Translations under genes and position numbers: made by a program
In this document: positions 25,576 through 36,900 of the stretch, in pieces
Layout of the letters: the number at the start of each line of letters is the position of its first letter
How positions within the stretch are numbered: position 1 is the first letter of the stretch
The notes under the pieces: model-generated
What the model saw: the letters and a program-made list of their open reading frames with translations, nothing else
The model's database searches: none
Told to the model about the DNA's origin: nothing
Origin: Amoebophrya sp. A120
Lineage: Eukaryota; Protista; Dinoflagellata
NCBI GenBank assembly: GCA_905178155.1
Contig: CAJINV010000001.1
Span: forward strand, 6,889,794-6,953,793
Direction: 5' to 3'
DNA: 64,000 bases

Positions 25576-26089
25576 CTCTTGGATTTATTTGCTAGAAAAG
25601 CAGAAGAACCAACAACCGATGGGCGCTTTCGTGTCATGACCCGAGCTGTAAGACAGTCATTTTATTGCACCGTAGAAAGACGTACTAAACTTATACTTAT
25701 ATATTTTCTAGTATTTTGTTGCAGGTAGGTGAGCTCCTTGAACTGCGCTGCTACAACGGGCACTGATCCAACACGCAACATTCCCAGCAAGGAATGACCG
25801 ATCCGCTTGGCAGGGACGCTTTGCGTTTCAATCTATCATTCGACGGCGTCACTTGCCTTACAACGCGAACAGTTCTTGTCCGCTATCTTGTGCGCCACAC
25901 TTCTAGAGGCGCTTGCCTTCATGTGAGCAGTGAGGCTGCTTTTTTTGTTTCCGCCACAAGCGCTGTCATCTACATCTACAGCTATCTGAAGCAGGCTTAT
26001 ATTGAATTTGACAGGCGGTGAAGTTGAAGAGCATTACGATCACGATTGTTTTTTTCACTTGTCTATATCTACTCGTCTTTCAGTTCCAG

Positions 26090-27670
26090 TCACTCGCCCC
26101 GAAACGGGATAAAGAGATCTGCCGCTGCTTCTTCTGGTGGATCGTCTTCGTCCAAAACGTCATTTTGTAAATCGGGAAAGTAGTATCTAGGAATCGTAGA
26201 ACCCAAAATTTTCTCGGCATTGGTACCGTCATCAAATGAAACCCCATCGGCAGGCTGTAATGGCCCATTCTGGTAAGAATGGGCGCAATAAAACATGGTG
26301 TGGCGATCTACTGGATCCCGTAGGCGCCACCCCTGCAGGTTCTGGTTGAAGGAACTCGCGTGGCTGAACATCCAAGCAAAGCTTTTCACGTTCGTGACGT
26401 TCCAGCTAGCAAGAGGTTGGTTAAACGCATAGGCAAACCCGAACATACCGGTCATATCCTGGACGTTTATTACGTTCCACTTCCCAATGGACTTGTTGAA
26501 AGACCACGCAGACTCGAACATACCTCGCAAGGATGTCACCTTCGCGACGTCCCAGTGGCCAATCCGCCCGTTGAAGGCCGGAGCGCTCTGAAAAGCCCCT
26601 CTTAAGCTGACAACGTTGGCAGTGCTCCACTTGTCCAGGTGTTGGTTGAAACTCCTTGCTGATCCAAAAATTCGAGTCATGTCGACAACGCTGCCAGTAT
26701 CCCAGCTATCGAGTGGCTGGTTAAAAGCGTGTGCCTGTTCAAACATCCGCCGCATTGTCTTCACCTTCCCGACGTCCCAAAATTCTCCAATTGGTTGATC
26801 AAAAGAGAAATTCCAAGAGAACATCTCTGCCATTGTAGTAGCACCGGCTACATCCCAACCACGGATGTCTCGATTGAAGGTGGAGCTCTGAAACAATCTG
26901 CTAAAATTTCTTACACCCGACACGTCCCACAGCACGATCGGACCGTACACGGCTTCGACTTCTTCCTCTGTGCCGAATTTCTTTGGAAAGGTGTCGAATC
27001 TCCGAGCGTCGGTCCTTACAGAAACTACCTGTTCCCACCTGTAGTTCCCGCCTCCCGGGTCGGACTTATAGAAAGGCCGCAGCGCAACGTCCAGTTCTCT
27101 CCGCGATTCAATGGCTTTGTAGGTGCGCACGTAGTATCGGACGGAAAAAGTAGGTACCTCGTCGCAGTCATGTTCTCCTGTGGCCGCAGAGCCGCATTTG
27201 GAAACGCGGCGCTTCTTACTCTCCGGAAAACTCGATGCTGAGTCCGTGTCCGTGTCTGCTTTGCACGACGCCCCTGCCAACAAGCTCGCGCTAGCTACTT
27301 TTCCCGTTTCAATCGCTTGTGGCCCTCCAACGTTTTCCTTCTCCGCCTTCTCCTGCTGCTGCACAAACTTCACGAAATTTGCATCGTCCACCGCAAGGCC
27401 CCGGAAACTCATCAAATCCGCCTGGTCCAGGTTCGCGTCGTCGTCCTCATCCTTCCCCGGAAGTAGAGCGATCCGCCCCCAGAAAATACGCGACTTTTTC
27501 TGCACGTTCGCGTCCGAAAGCACGTAGGCAAGGGCAATTGCTTCCTTGACTTGCCTCACCGTAGTGGTCGCGGCGTCCCACGTGTGCGGGTCCAGCGGCA
27601 GCGGCTCTCCGGAGGCGAGGCCGAACACGCTTAGCCTGAACGTTGTCGTTGCTTCGGAAGTGAAAGTCAT
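26090..27670 (-). CDS. DUF285 / BspA-like 25-26-residue surface-repeat protein
   Basis: About nine repeats of FNQPL.SW[DN]V..V..M..MF. Confidence 0.85.
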   Translation of the reverse strand: MTFTSEATTTFRLSVFGLASGEPLPLDPHTWDAATTTVRQVKEAIALAYVLSDANVQKKSRIFWGRIALLPGKDEDDDANLDQADLMSFRGLAVDDANFVKFVQQQEKAEKENVGGPQAIETGKVASASLLAGASCKADTDTDSASSFPESKKRRVSKCGSAATGEHDCDEVPTFSVRYYVRTYKAIESRRELDVALRPFYKSDPGGGNYRWEQVVSVRTDARRFDTFPKKFGTEEEVEAVYGPIVLWDVSGVRNFSRLFQSSTFNRDIRGWDVAGATTMAEMFSWNFSFDQPIGEFWDVGKVKTMRRMFEQAHAFNQPLDSWDTGSVVDMTRIFGSARSFNQHLDKWSTANVVSLRGAFQSAPAFNGRIGHWDVAKVTSLRGMFESAWSFNKSIGKWNVINVQDMTGMFGFAYAFNQPLASWNVTNVKSFAWMFSHASSFNQNLQGWRLRDPVDRHTMFYCAHSYQNGPLQPADGVSFDDGTNAEKILGSTIPRYYFPDLQNDVLDEDDPPEEAAADLFIPFRGE

Positions 27671-28602
27671 TTTCCTGAAGATGCTACAGTTTCAATGCCT
27701 TTGGATCACTGTCCGTGAGTCGGTACTATGGTTGATTCTTTTTTTTCTGCGTTTGAATTCTTTTGTGTCGTTGGTCGCTACTTGAAATGCACTTGCCCGT
27801 ACTATACTATAGTCATAAAGCTTTTCCCCGAAATCCAAACAAATGTATCAAGAAGAGTGAAGCTGCACGAGTGCCGATGCTTCCGGAAGCTGTTTTCCTG
27901 AATTTCCTTTTTCATGTCCGGTTTGACAGTAAAATCGCTTTTGAGACTACTCTCTCTCTCTTTACCGTGCATCTCATCACACGATACATCTCCTCTCGGC
28001 GTCGACTCTTCAATCACGAAAAAACGACAGTACGCAACCCGAGGCACGAGGCTTGGACAAAGCTACAACGAAAAAAAGTCGAACTTCTGCTGTTTGTCCA
28101 CGGGACCGTTGCAACACTCGCAGTCATGTGCTATGAAATCTGAGCGCAAACAAAGATGGATGAATGTCTTGATATATTTATGGTGTCAATGATTCGCTTT
28201 TGTCACTTGCCAGCATACGCGAACAATCTGCTATCCCGCGCCACGCTTCTACTAGTGACGCAACAGGATTTCTACGAAGGTGCATCGTGGCGTTTTCGTG
28301 AAGGTACGCCTGTGCTTTTCCGCCTTTGACTATTGTTCGCGACCGATAGGCTCTACCGAGTCTGGAGCTGGAATAATTTTCACGTCGATCTTCTAATTCT
28401 ATATTCTCATTGTGTAAAAATAGCCGTTTGGAACTTTCTACTTGCCAAAGAAAAGAAAACATTTTACAGAAAAATTTGACAAACACGGAAGACTGTAAAA
28501 AAGAATACGAGAAATGAAAGATGAAACATTGCGCAAAAACAGTGCCTCTTCCACGCGCAGACCTAGACTAACACGGTTGAAAAGAAATGACAGTGATAGT
28601 AG

Positions 28603-30188
28603 TCAGTAGAATCCTCCCGCGTCGAAACCCCAGCCGTTTTCCGCGCTATTGCCCCAGGAGTTTTTGTTTTCTGCACGGTTGCCCCAGTTTTCCGCGCCGT
28701 TGCCCCAGTTTTGCGCGCTGTCTCCCCAGCTTTCCGAACTGTTGCCCCAGTTTTCCGCGTCGCTACCCCAGTTTTCCGAATCGTCACTTCCGGATCCGGC
28801 CGCGAGCTCCGGGGTGATCAGCTCCGCTACCCATTTCCCATGCTGGTAGGTCACATTGCCCAGTTGATACGTCCACGACGTGCTGCGCATGTTGGGGTAA
28901 TAGACCTCGATTGCGGCTCCTTTGTCGGCTCCGTTGAGCAGGCCAGTGGTGCCGACATCATTCGCAGCCTGCTCCATCTTGGCCGCGAAGTCCTCGAAAT
29001 GAAATGCGGTTTCGAAGGTGATGCGGATACAACTCCAGTCCGCACCTCCTGGGACGATGTTCTTGGAGTGGAAAGGAATCTCGTAGTACGGACGGGGCCA
29101 CCACGCCATGTTCTGCAGCTTGTCTGCGTGCACGAACGTGACCACGTTTTCGATGCCGTACTTGTTCATGCCGACGGCAATGGCGTCCTGGCTCCCATAG
29201 GGCACGATGACCCAGTGGTCGTCGGTCCAGCCCACTACCAAAACCGCTTCTGTGTCCCGACCGCCGGGGCGTTGGAAGGACAGGCTGACCACCGGTCCGC
29301 TCTTCATCACCTCCGCCTTGATGAAATCCGCACTGGGTGTTTGCACGACGGTAATCTGCCCATACATATCGCGCAAGCGAAAGAGCTGCGAGCGGTTCAG
29401 GGCCTGCCCGGCGACAATTTGTGCTCTCATCTCGATGCTGTTCAATGCTGGGAAGTTGGAAAAGATCGGACCCGAACAAAAACGGCCACTGGCTGAAACT
29501 GTCGAAGGCCGCAGGAAACTTTGACGTCCCGCCCGACTGCTTAGCCGTAGTACGGGGTTTCTTCCGCGGCGGCTGGTCGCCGGCCTCCAGGGCTGCTTTG
29601 TAAAACGGCGCAAGCTGCTGAAACAACTGCGTCGCTTTCTTTCGAGTAGCCGGCGGATTCTTGTCCGGATGCATATGGATTGCAAAAGTGTCTGGGTCTG
29701 GAAGATTGCAACTTGTCATGGTAAATCTGAACCTTCGCTACCCGCCATACTGCTAAAGGGACGCGGACATGCAAAAATCTGCGTTGCATGAATGCCAAAA
29801 GCTGTCCACTATTGACCAAGTTGGAACGGAGTTTCTCATTCAGAATAGGCATGGCAGAGACCTCGCACAGTCTGTCATGCTAAGTCCCGCATTCCAGACC
29901 TCATGGGTCATGGAAAATCTGCATGACAAGTCTACAATCTTCCAGACCCAGACATTTTTGCAATCCATAATGCAGACGCAGCTGCATTTTCTTGTACGTG
30001 GGTTTGAGCACCGCCTCATCGCCGACCATCTCCTTCTTGAAGGATGGGTCATTGAGCTGCAAAAGTGCGGTGAGTGAGTTGTGGTCGGGGGCCTCCTGCA
30101 GCGCCGCCTCTGCACTGCGGAAAAAGTCCTCGTTTTCACTTGAGCTACCGCCACCGCCCGCAGCGCTACCCGCGCCAACACTAGCCAT
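28603..30188 (-). CDS. J-domain-like + degenerate cathepsin-B-like protein with WG-repeat tail; interrupted by E2 and an apparent 1-nt frameshift near 29480
   Basis: YKKMQLRLH|PDKN after excision; FPAAFDSFSQWP, IKAEVMKSGPV, EAVLVVGW, YGIENVV; paralog at 30577-31926. Confidence 0.65.
28625..28785 (-). repeat. 21-bp coding tandem repeat (ENWGxxA-type), ~7 copies
   Basis: Repeated GTTGCCCCAGTTTTCCGC-like units; SENWGSDAENWGNSSESWGDSAQNWGNGAENWG... Confidence 0.85.
29674..29969. mobile_element. TIR element / introner E2 (296 bp), TSD ATGCA
   Basis: TATGGATTGCAAAAGTGTCTGGGTCTGGAAGATTG...CAATCTTCCAGACCCAGACATTTTTGCAATCCATA; ATGCA at 29669-29673 and 29970-29974. Confidence 0.95.
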
Positions 30189-30576
30189 TTTGTCTTTTAT
30201 CTGCGAAGAAACTTACTGTCTTTTCTGGTTGAAACCTGCCACAGAGGAAAAAACCAAGAAAACTAAGTGTCGTTTTCAACGTAGAAAGAAAAAGTTACTT
30301 ACTATCGACTTGAAATTCCGTGAAAAACAGTCAATAGGACTCGAGTAAAACTAACACGAAAGAGCCGCAAGCGCCACGAGCAAAACAAACGCGACGGACA
30401 GGCATGCATGAACGCGCGAGCAAAAAGCGCACTGACGACGACGACAACGACGATGGACACACAATCCCAATTCTGCCTCGCGAGGACAGAATACGTGTTT
30501 ACATGAAATTTACGATGCGAGCGCTCTCTCGGAAAATTGACTTCTCCTGAGGTTTATTTACTTTTCTCTTCACGAA

Positions 30577-31926
30577 TTATTTTTTCTTCTGTTGGACGAA
30601 AGCGAACTTGACTTCCCACGTTGGAACTTGCAAGGCGCTAGATTGCGGCGCATCAACGAGGGCTAGGTCCTGCAGACAGACCGTCCACGAATCGCTCCGC
30701 CGCCCGGGGACGTAGTACTCGATCGGCGCCTTGACCCGCGCCGCCTCGATGATCCCGCCCGCGTTGTCACACTTCGACGAGGGCGGCAGGCATTTCAGTG
30801 CCTGCTGTGCGAGACTCATCACTTCCCGCAGCTGCTGTTGCGTGGTCACGGACACGGTAAACCCGTTTCCGTCCGTCTGCTCGATGTAAAACTTGCCCTC
30901 CGCGAGGTAGGGTCGTGGCACCAGCCACGGGATATCCACGATCGCGGTTTGCGGCACGAAGGAAATCAGCCTCTGGATATCGAACTGGTGGAAAACCACC
31001 GGCATCACGGTCTTCCACAGAAAAACGTGCGGGGGCGCTAGGGAAAGGAAAATCGAAACGGTCCACGCCTCGCCAAAGCTCTGGTTTGTCCACCCCGTAA
31101 TCAAAACGGGCATCGGGCGCCCGATGCAACTGCGCAGGTGCCGCGCGCTCAGGTGGGACACGCACGGATTTTGACACTTGGCAATCAAACTTTCCGCGAA
31201 TTGCTGCGTGCAGATGAAGGACTTACTCACCACCGGGCCTTCCATGATCAGAGTCGTCTTGATTGCACTCACGCTCGGGTCGTGCAAGTTTGTGATGTTC
31301 GCCGATGCGATCGGCCGATCCGCGGAGTACAGTGCGGACGCGGGGAGCGGTCGGGTGTGGGCGATTTGCGCTCGAATGTTGGCACAGTTCACCGCGCAGG
31401 CCAAATCTGCGTCTTCGACCAGCGAGTCGGTGTTGATGTACTTCCAGCTGTCAAAAACGTCGAACAAAGGTGGGAAATTCCGCCCGGAGTCCGCATCTCC
31501 GCCGGCTTCCTCCGTGAAACTCGTGCTCGTGCTGCTACTGCTGTTTCCATTTCGAGGCCTTTTCGCCGGTGGCTCGCCGAGCTCGTCCCCGAAGGAAGAT
31601 GAATTTTCCATAGCCGCGCGGTGAAAGCCATCCAGTTTTTGAAACAGTTTCGTCGCCACGTCCTCGTCGCCCTGCACAACGTGCTTGTCCGGATGAAGAC
31701 GCAGTTTCAACGTTTTCATTGCTTTCCCCAGACTGTCCGCATCGCTGCAACCTTCCTGCGTAAAATCCGGATTCGCGAGCTTGAGTAGAGAAGTTAAGGT
31801 TTGCAGACGGGGTTTTTGCTTCATCACGGCCTCCACGTTTTGCAAAAACAGCTGCCGATACGGATCGCTGGGAGCGGTTGCAGAGCCCACTTTATTTTCC
31901 GCTCCTGCCGTGGTGCTTGTCGTCAT
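30577..31926 (-). CDS. J-domain-like + degenerate cathepsin-B-like protein (intact, intronless paralog)
   Basis: KTLKLRLHPDKH; FPPLFDVFDSW, IKTTLIMEGPV, PVLITGWT, FDIQRLI; GAAAATG start at 31926. Confidence 0.75.
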   Translation of the reverse strand: MTTSTTAGAENKVGSATAPSDPYRQLFLQNVEAVMKQKPRLQTLTSLLKLANPDFTQEGCSDADSLGKAMKTLKLRLHPDKHVVQGDEDVATKLFQKLDGFHRAAMENSSSFGDELGEPPAKRPRNGNSSSSTSTSFTEEAGGDADSGRNFPPLFDVFDSWKYINTDSLVEDADLACAVNCANIRAQIAHTRPLPASALYSADRPIASANITNLHDPSVSAIKTTLIMEGPVVSKSFICTQQFAESLIAKCQNPCVSHLSARHLRSCIGRPMPVLITGWTNQSFGEAWTVSIFLSLAPPHVFLWKTVMPVVFHQFDIQRLISFVPQTAIVDIPWLVPRPYLAEGKFYIEQTDGNGFTVSVTTQQQLREVMSLAQQALKCLPPSSKCDNAGGIIEAARVKAPIEYYVPGRRSDSWTVCLQDLALVDAPQSSALQVPTWEVKFAFVQQKKK

Positions 31927-33900
31927 TTTCAGTGTGCTGTTGAACAATACTATTTGCTACAATAGAGTACTGCGAAGTTGACCAAGAAGATAATTTCAAA
32001 AAAAGCCGGAATTGCGGCTTAATATAATATCCAATTTACTCGACAGCTCTATCTACAAGAAAACGAGACGACCATGTTTTCGTCTTGTGCCCTGCATCTT
32101 CACAATTTTTCTGTACTTGTTACCCCAACTTTGTAATAACGAAACCCTGTGCGACGGAAGACGAAACAGCACTTCGACACTTGATTTTGCTTCGATTCCC
32201 AAAAATCATCTGCGCAAGCATTTGCAAGGACGATGAATCTATGACAAGAGCAGCACAGCTCTATAGAATGTCAGCACATCATTTTTGCAAATCAGAACCC
32301 AAAGCAGCACGTTTCCTGTGCAGTGCCCGTCGAAAACGTCAACGGTTTATGTATTGAACAGAGCAAAATCTATTTCCTTCTAACCGTCAGGGATCGCGTA
32401 AGTAACAGGACTCTTCATAAGGCTATGAGTACAGTTTTCATAATCTCCAACAGTCCAACACAGCTCCTGGTTTCTCCGACGGACCTTCTCCACAGTGTCC
32501 GACCTGCATTTTATTCATATATGTCCCTGTCGTTCTTTTCTGCCGACCAGCCACCTCGGCTTGGTAAATAGTCAGGCGTAGCGCTAGTGTGGTGCTATTT
32601 TTCTTTTTGAAGTTATCCGAGCATTAAAATCGTTCGAAGGCAAGACGGAGCACCAGCACGATGTATCGATTCATTACAGGCATGAATCGAGGAATCGCAG
32701 ATGCAACTTCGCTGTTTCCGTGGTAGAGCTTCACTTCGAAACCGCTACCGCAGACACGGTTTCATATTAGCGGTAGGCTGTTTCTTTCTTGGGTAGGATG
32801 CGTTGATGTCTAGTGATCGATAGTTGTGAAAAACAGCCCCTGGCTGCTGCGCAAGATGTTGGCAAGACGCTTGCAACAATCAGGTCGGCTGCGGTGAAGA
32901 TTTTCAAAGAATGTGATTGCATAGTTGTTTCAAATGCACGATACAAACTAAGCATAGTTTTTCGGTTTGTAGTTTTTCCGTTCTCATCACTCTTGAATAC
33001 TGGTTTGATGAAAAGATTTTTGATACTGGCTTTAACGAGTTCGACTAGCAAATAGGATAGCTCCAAAGTTTGTAGAAGTAATTTTTCCGAAAGCCCGCTC
33101 AAGTCATAACTTTAAAAACGGCAAATGTTTGTAAAGCTACTGTAAATTGTTCATCAATATCCAATCGTGCAGAAAAGGGAATAAAAACTGTGATCCGGGA
33201 AGATTTTTATCTACGTTTTGGTTCCGCTTTTTTTGTCTGGGATTTATTTTCGCCCGAGGTCGCGAGCAGTTGTCCTAATGCTAGATGTGCGAGCAACATC
33301 GTTGCTGAGCGTTTTTGCGTAGTAAATTTTGGCCTGAAACGGCGGCAAATAGGTCTCAAGAAGGGGAATTTACAGTGGTGCTAAAACCAATAAAAACAAA
33401 GTTAGCTGACCGAACAGCTTAACAAACGTAGTATCAAAGAATTTTGATTGTTTGGAGTGCTGAAATTTGATACAATATTTTCTTCGAGTAGAGAAGCAAA
33501 AGCTCTTGTAGAATTATTTACGTGTTTTTGGTTCCGTACAAGATGAATACAAACTACATTTTTGGTACTGTTTGAAAAGAACTAGCAAAAAGATATTGGG
33601 GTTTTGTAAACTCAATACATGTTCACCGGGAACTTTACGGAAGTCCCAATCAGCATGCATTGACTCATTCAGATAAGTCGACCTATTCGGTGGTCTCTTA
33701 ACAAATTAGAAACAGAATTTTGCGACATGAGCTTCTCGAATCCGGGCGGCTGTGACCCAACGCCCTGATCGTGGATAGTATCACCACACGTACGCCAGCA
33801 CCTCAGATTTACAACTACCTCTACCACTCAAATCAATGATCATGACCAAGCAGGTGGAACTTTATTTGACTCCCACCCGCGCTCCACGTTCATTCGTGTC

Positions 33901-36900
33901 CTATTTCCCCTCCTTGGGCTCGAAGTCTATGTTTTTCAGCTTTGCGTGCAAAATGTTTGTCGAGCGGTAGGACCAGTTAGGCGTGAACCCGTTTCCCCAG
34001 ATCACCACCCCGGGGCCGAAGCAACGCACGTAGTTGTCAAACTGCGCCTCCAGTCGGTGTACAATTTGCGGGAGCGCAATCCCAGGCGCCACACACTCCG
34101 CCTTACTGTCAAACCAGGACACCCCCACGACTTTGGACGACGAGAACGCGGCACCAGTAGAGCTTGTTGGGGTAGAAGTACAACTGGAGGAAGCTGCACA
34201 ACTGTCTGTCGCGGAATTCTTTGTCGTAGCATCATCTTCGGCCGCGTGTGCGAAGAATTGCAGCGGTTCGAGAAAAAGAAAATCCGGGGTCGGCAGCACC
34301 ACGCGCCCGAAAATGAGCGCCTGGACCTCCAGAAGCTCCGGCTGTGTGACAAAGTTCTTTGTGGTTTTCTTGTAGTCCAGCGCGTATCGGTATGCATTGC
34401 AAATATGTCTGGGTCCGGAAACTTGTGATGCTAAAATGTGGATGATGGAAACACTTTCGAATGCAGCCCAGCATGACAACTTTCCAGAACGCTTTCTCAT
34501 AGGCAATCCGCATGAGAAACTGCGTTTTTGCATGTACAAAAGAGGCCGCGACTTTTATTGGTTATGCAATACAGATTTCCTAGGTATGGAAAGCTAGCAT
34601 TACAAGTTCCAACTTTCCAGACCCAGACATATTTGCATTTGATAATCGGAAGGCCTGCTCGCACTCCTCCTCCGCCTTCGCTCCCTATCAAATGCAAAAA
34701 TGTCTGGGTCTGGAATATTGCCGGGTTTGTCATGCATATTTTCCATGACCCCTGAGGTCTGGTATGTAGCACAGAGCATGACAGATTCCGTGAGAGTTCT
34801 ATCATGCCTATCCTGCATCCGAAACTGCCTCTCGACTAGGTCAAAAGTGGACAGCTTGTGGTAATCATGCAGCACAGATTTTTACATGATTCAGATTTAG
34901 CATGACAAGTTACATTCTTCCAGACCCAGACATTTTTACAATCCATACTCCCTTCTCCATCGCGACACGGTCCATGTCGCGCTGCACCTGCAAAATCTCG
35001 TGCGCCTTCGGGTTGCCCTTCAGCACCAGCCCGGCTTTTTGCAATACCTGGATGGAAGAAGATTAAGCTTGAGTCATGCTTTCAGGATCATCGTGTTCGA
35101 TTTTCTTCAGCCGGCGTCAACTTCTATCTATGACATGGAAAACTTAAACTACCAATATGTTCACGAAAAAATTACGAATTATTGGTACCTGCACACAGCG
35201 AAACGCTTGCATTCCAAGCGTGGTTTCGCACCAAGATTCGAACTTCGCTACCGGCTCGTCTTCCAAGCAATCGACCGCCTGCCGCATCAAGCTGCGATCC
35301 CGCTTCAAAAAACTCTGATTTTGCACCTCCAAGTGCACGCGCAGGTCGTTGTTGATGCACTTCAGCGGTGCGTCCGTCCACTGTGGCACGGTGCAATTGT
35401 GTCGCGCCAATAGCTCACCCGCACGGAAGAGTGGCGCCGCCCACGAAAGCAGCCGATGCATCACCTGATCCTCAATGGCCGGCTTGAAGTCGAGGATTGC
35501 TTCGAGACGCGGCCCAAGCAACACCTGTTTTCGACGTGGTGTTTGGAACATTGATTTCCATTTCACAATTCCAATTTTCGTAAAGTGCTCACTTACTCCT
35601 TCTGCGAAAGGAACACATTGATTATGCATTTTTTGTGTACAAACATACTTAACTCACAAAAAAAAAGTACCGTTTCTGCATTGTCGACATGAAACATAGA
35701 CCGTGCCACGTCGAGGTACAGACGCAATTGCTCGGCAAAGGGCAACTCACAATTGCGATCTTGTGTGGCCTTCTTGGTGAACTTGTCTCCACGGATATCG
35801 GGAACCAAACCCTGGACGCAATGAACATCAGGCACGTTTTTCACCTGTTGAGAGCGACAAGTTTTTCATCTGTCTTATGCGTGACATGCAGATATGATAA
35901 TGTCGAAATTGGGAAGCTGGTGGTCGCGGTGCAGACAGATTTTTGAACACTTTGCACGGATTGATGTGACACGCGTAGTACGTGATCAATGACGAACAAC
36001 ATAAACATAATGATCGCACAATATACTTCTGGCAGGACGCAGTCCTCCAAAATCTGACCGCGCTCTAACTGATCCCAGGCGGAAACCTCCGCGTCTTTCT
36101 CCTCGCTGGAGTTTTCTTGTGTAGCGACGCCGCCATTCGAAGCCTCCTGCTTGTCTCCTGCTGGGGCAACGGACTCAGAACTGGATCCGTTTTGTTCTTC
36201 CTTGATCACTCTCACGTCCGGTTTCTCCAGTTTGTGGGCTTTCTTTTCTTGCGGCTCAGACCCTACTTCCTTTGCTGCCAAATTTACCAAAGGAGTGGCG
36301 GCTTCATCGACGACCACGGGTGCTTTCTTCTCGTCCCCTTGTTGTACTTCTTCAACAGGGTGCTGCCCATCATCTGCATGTGGACCTAGTACTTCTGCTG
36401 CAGCATCTGTTTTCTGATCGTCATCCTTTCCGTCTTTACGGACCACCGGTGAAGCGACACACAACGACCCGTCTGCGACTTTCGGAGTGGCTTCTCTGCT
36501 CAAGGTGATGTCGGTTCCACCGGCGCACCTGTTGGAGCAGCCCGTCTGCCCCTCCGTCCGTTCCGAGTCATCGAACTCGAAATACTCATCGGAAAGAGGA
36601 GGACTATTGGACACGGGAGTCGCAAACCCAGACTGGTCCCCCCGCAGCAAACTTTCCACACGATCCCGATTGATCAAACTGTCGAGGGAAACTTCTTCGG
36701 CGCGATTCTCAACATCTAGCGCCGCTGATGCGCTGGCGCCTCGTTCACCATTTATTTTTCTGGCCGGTGTTGTAGAGGTCGCTGCATCCTTGTCCTCTTT
36801 TTCATCCAGTTGTGCCTTCGCATCGACCACACTTCCTTCTTTTTTTTCCTTCAAGTCCGAGAGCAGAAGCGGCGTCTGTACTGCAGTGCTTGCGCTCGTG

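Noticed and set aside
30182-30192. TAGCCATTTTG matches 11 nt of the dinoflagellate spliced leader
   Set aside because: It is on the antisense strand and is just the reverse complement of the start context CAAAATGGCTA
32760-33720. AT-rich stretch with short ORFs, a possible decayed transposase for the introners
   Set aside because: No DDE-like motifs, no TIRs and no sustained ORF recognisable
35590-35682. Intron flanked by a GCAGAA direct repeat, possibly non-canonical
   Set aside because: Ambiguous: an in-frame GT...GAG solution exists and there is no TIR; needs cDNA
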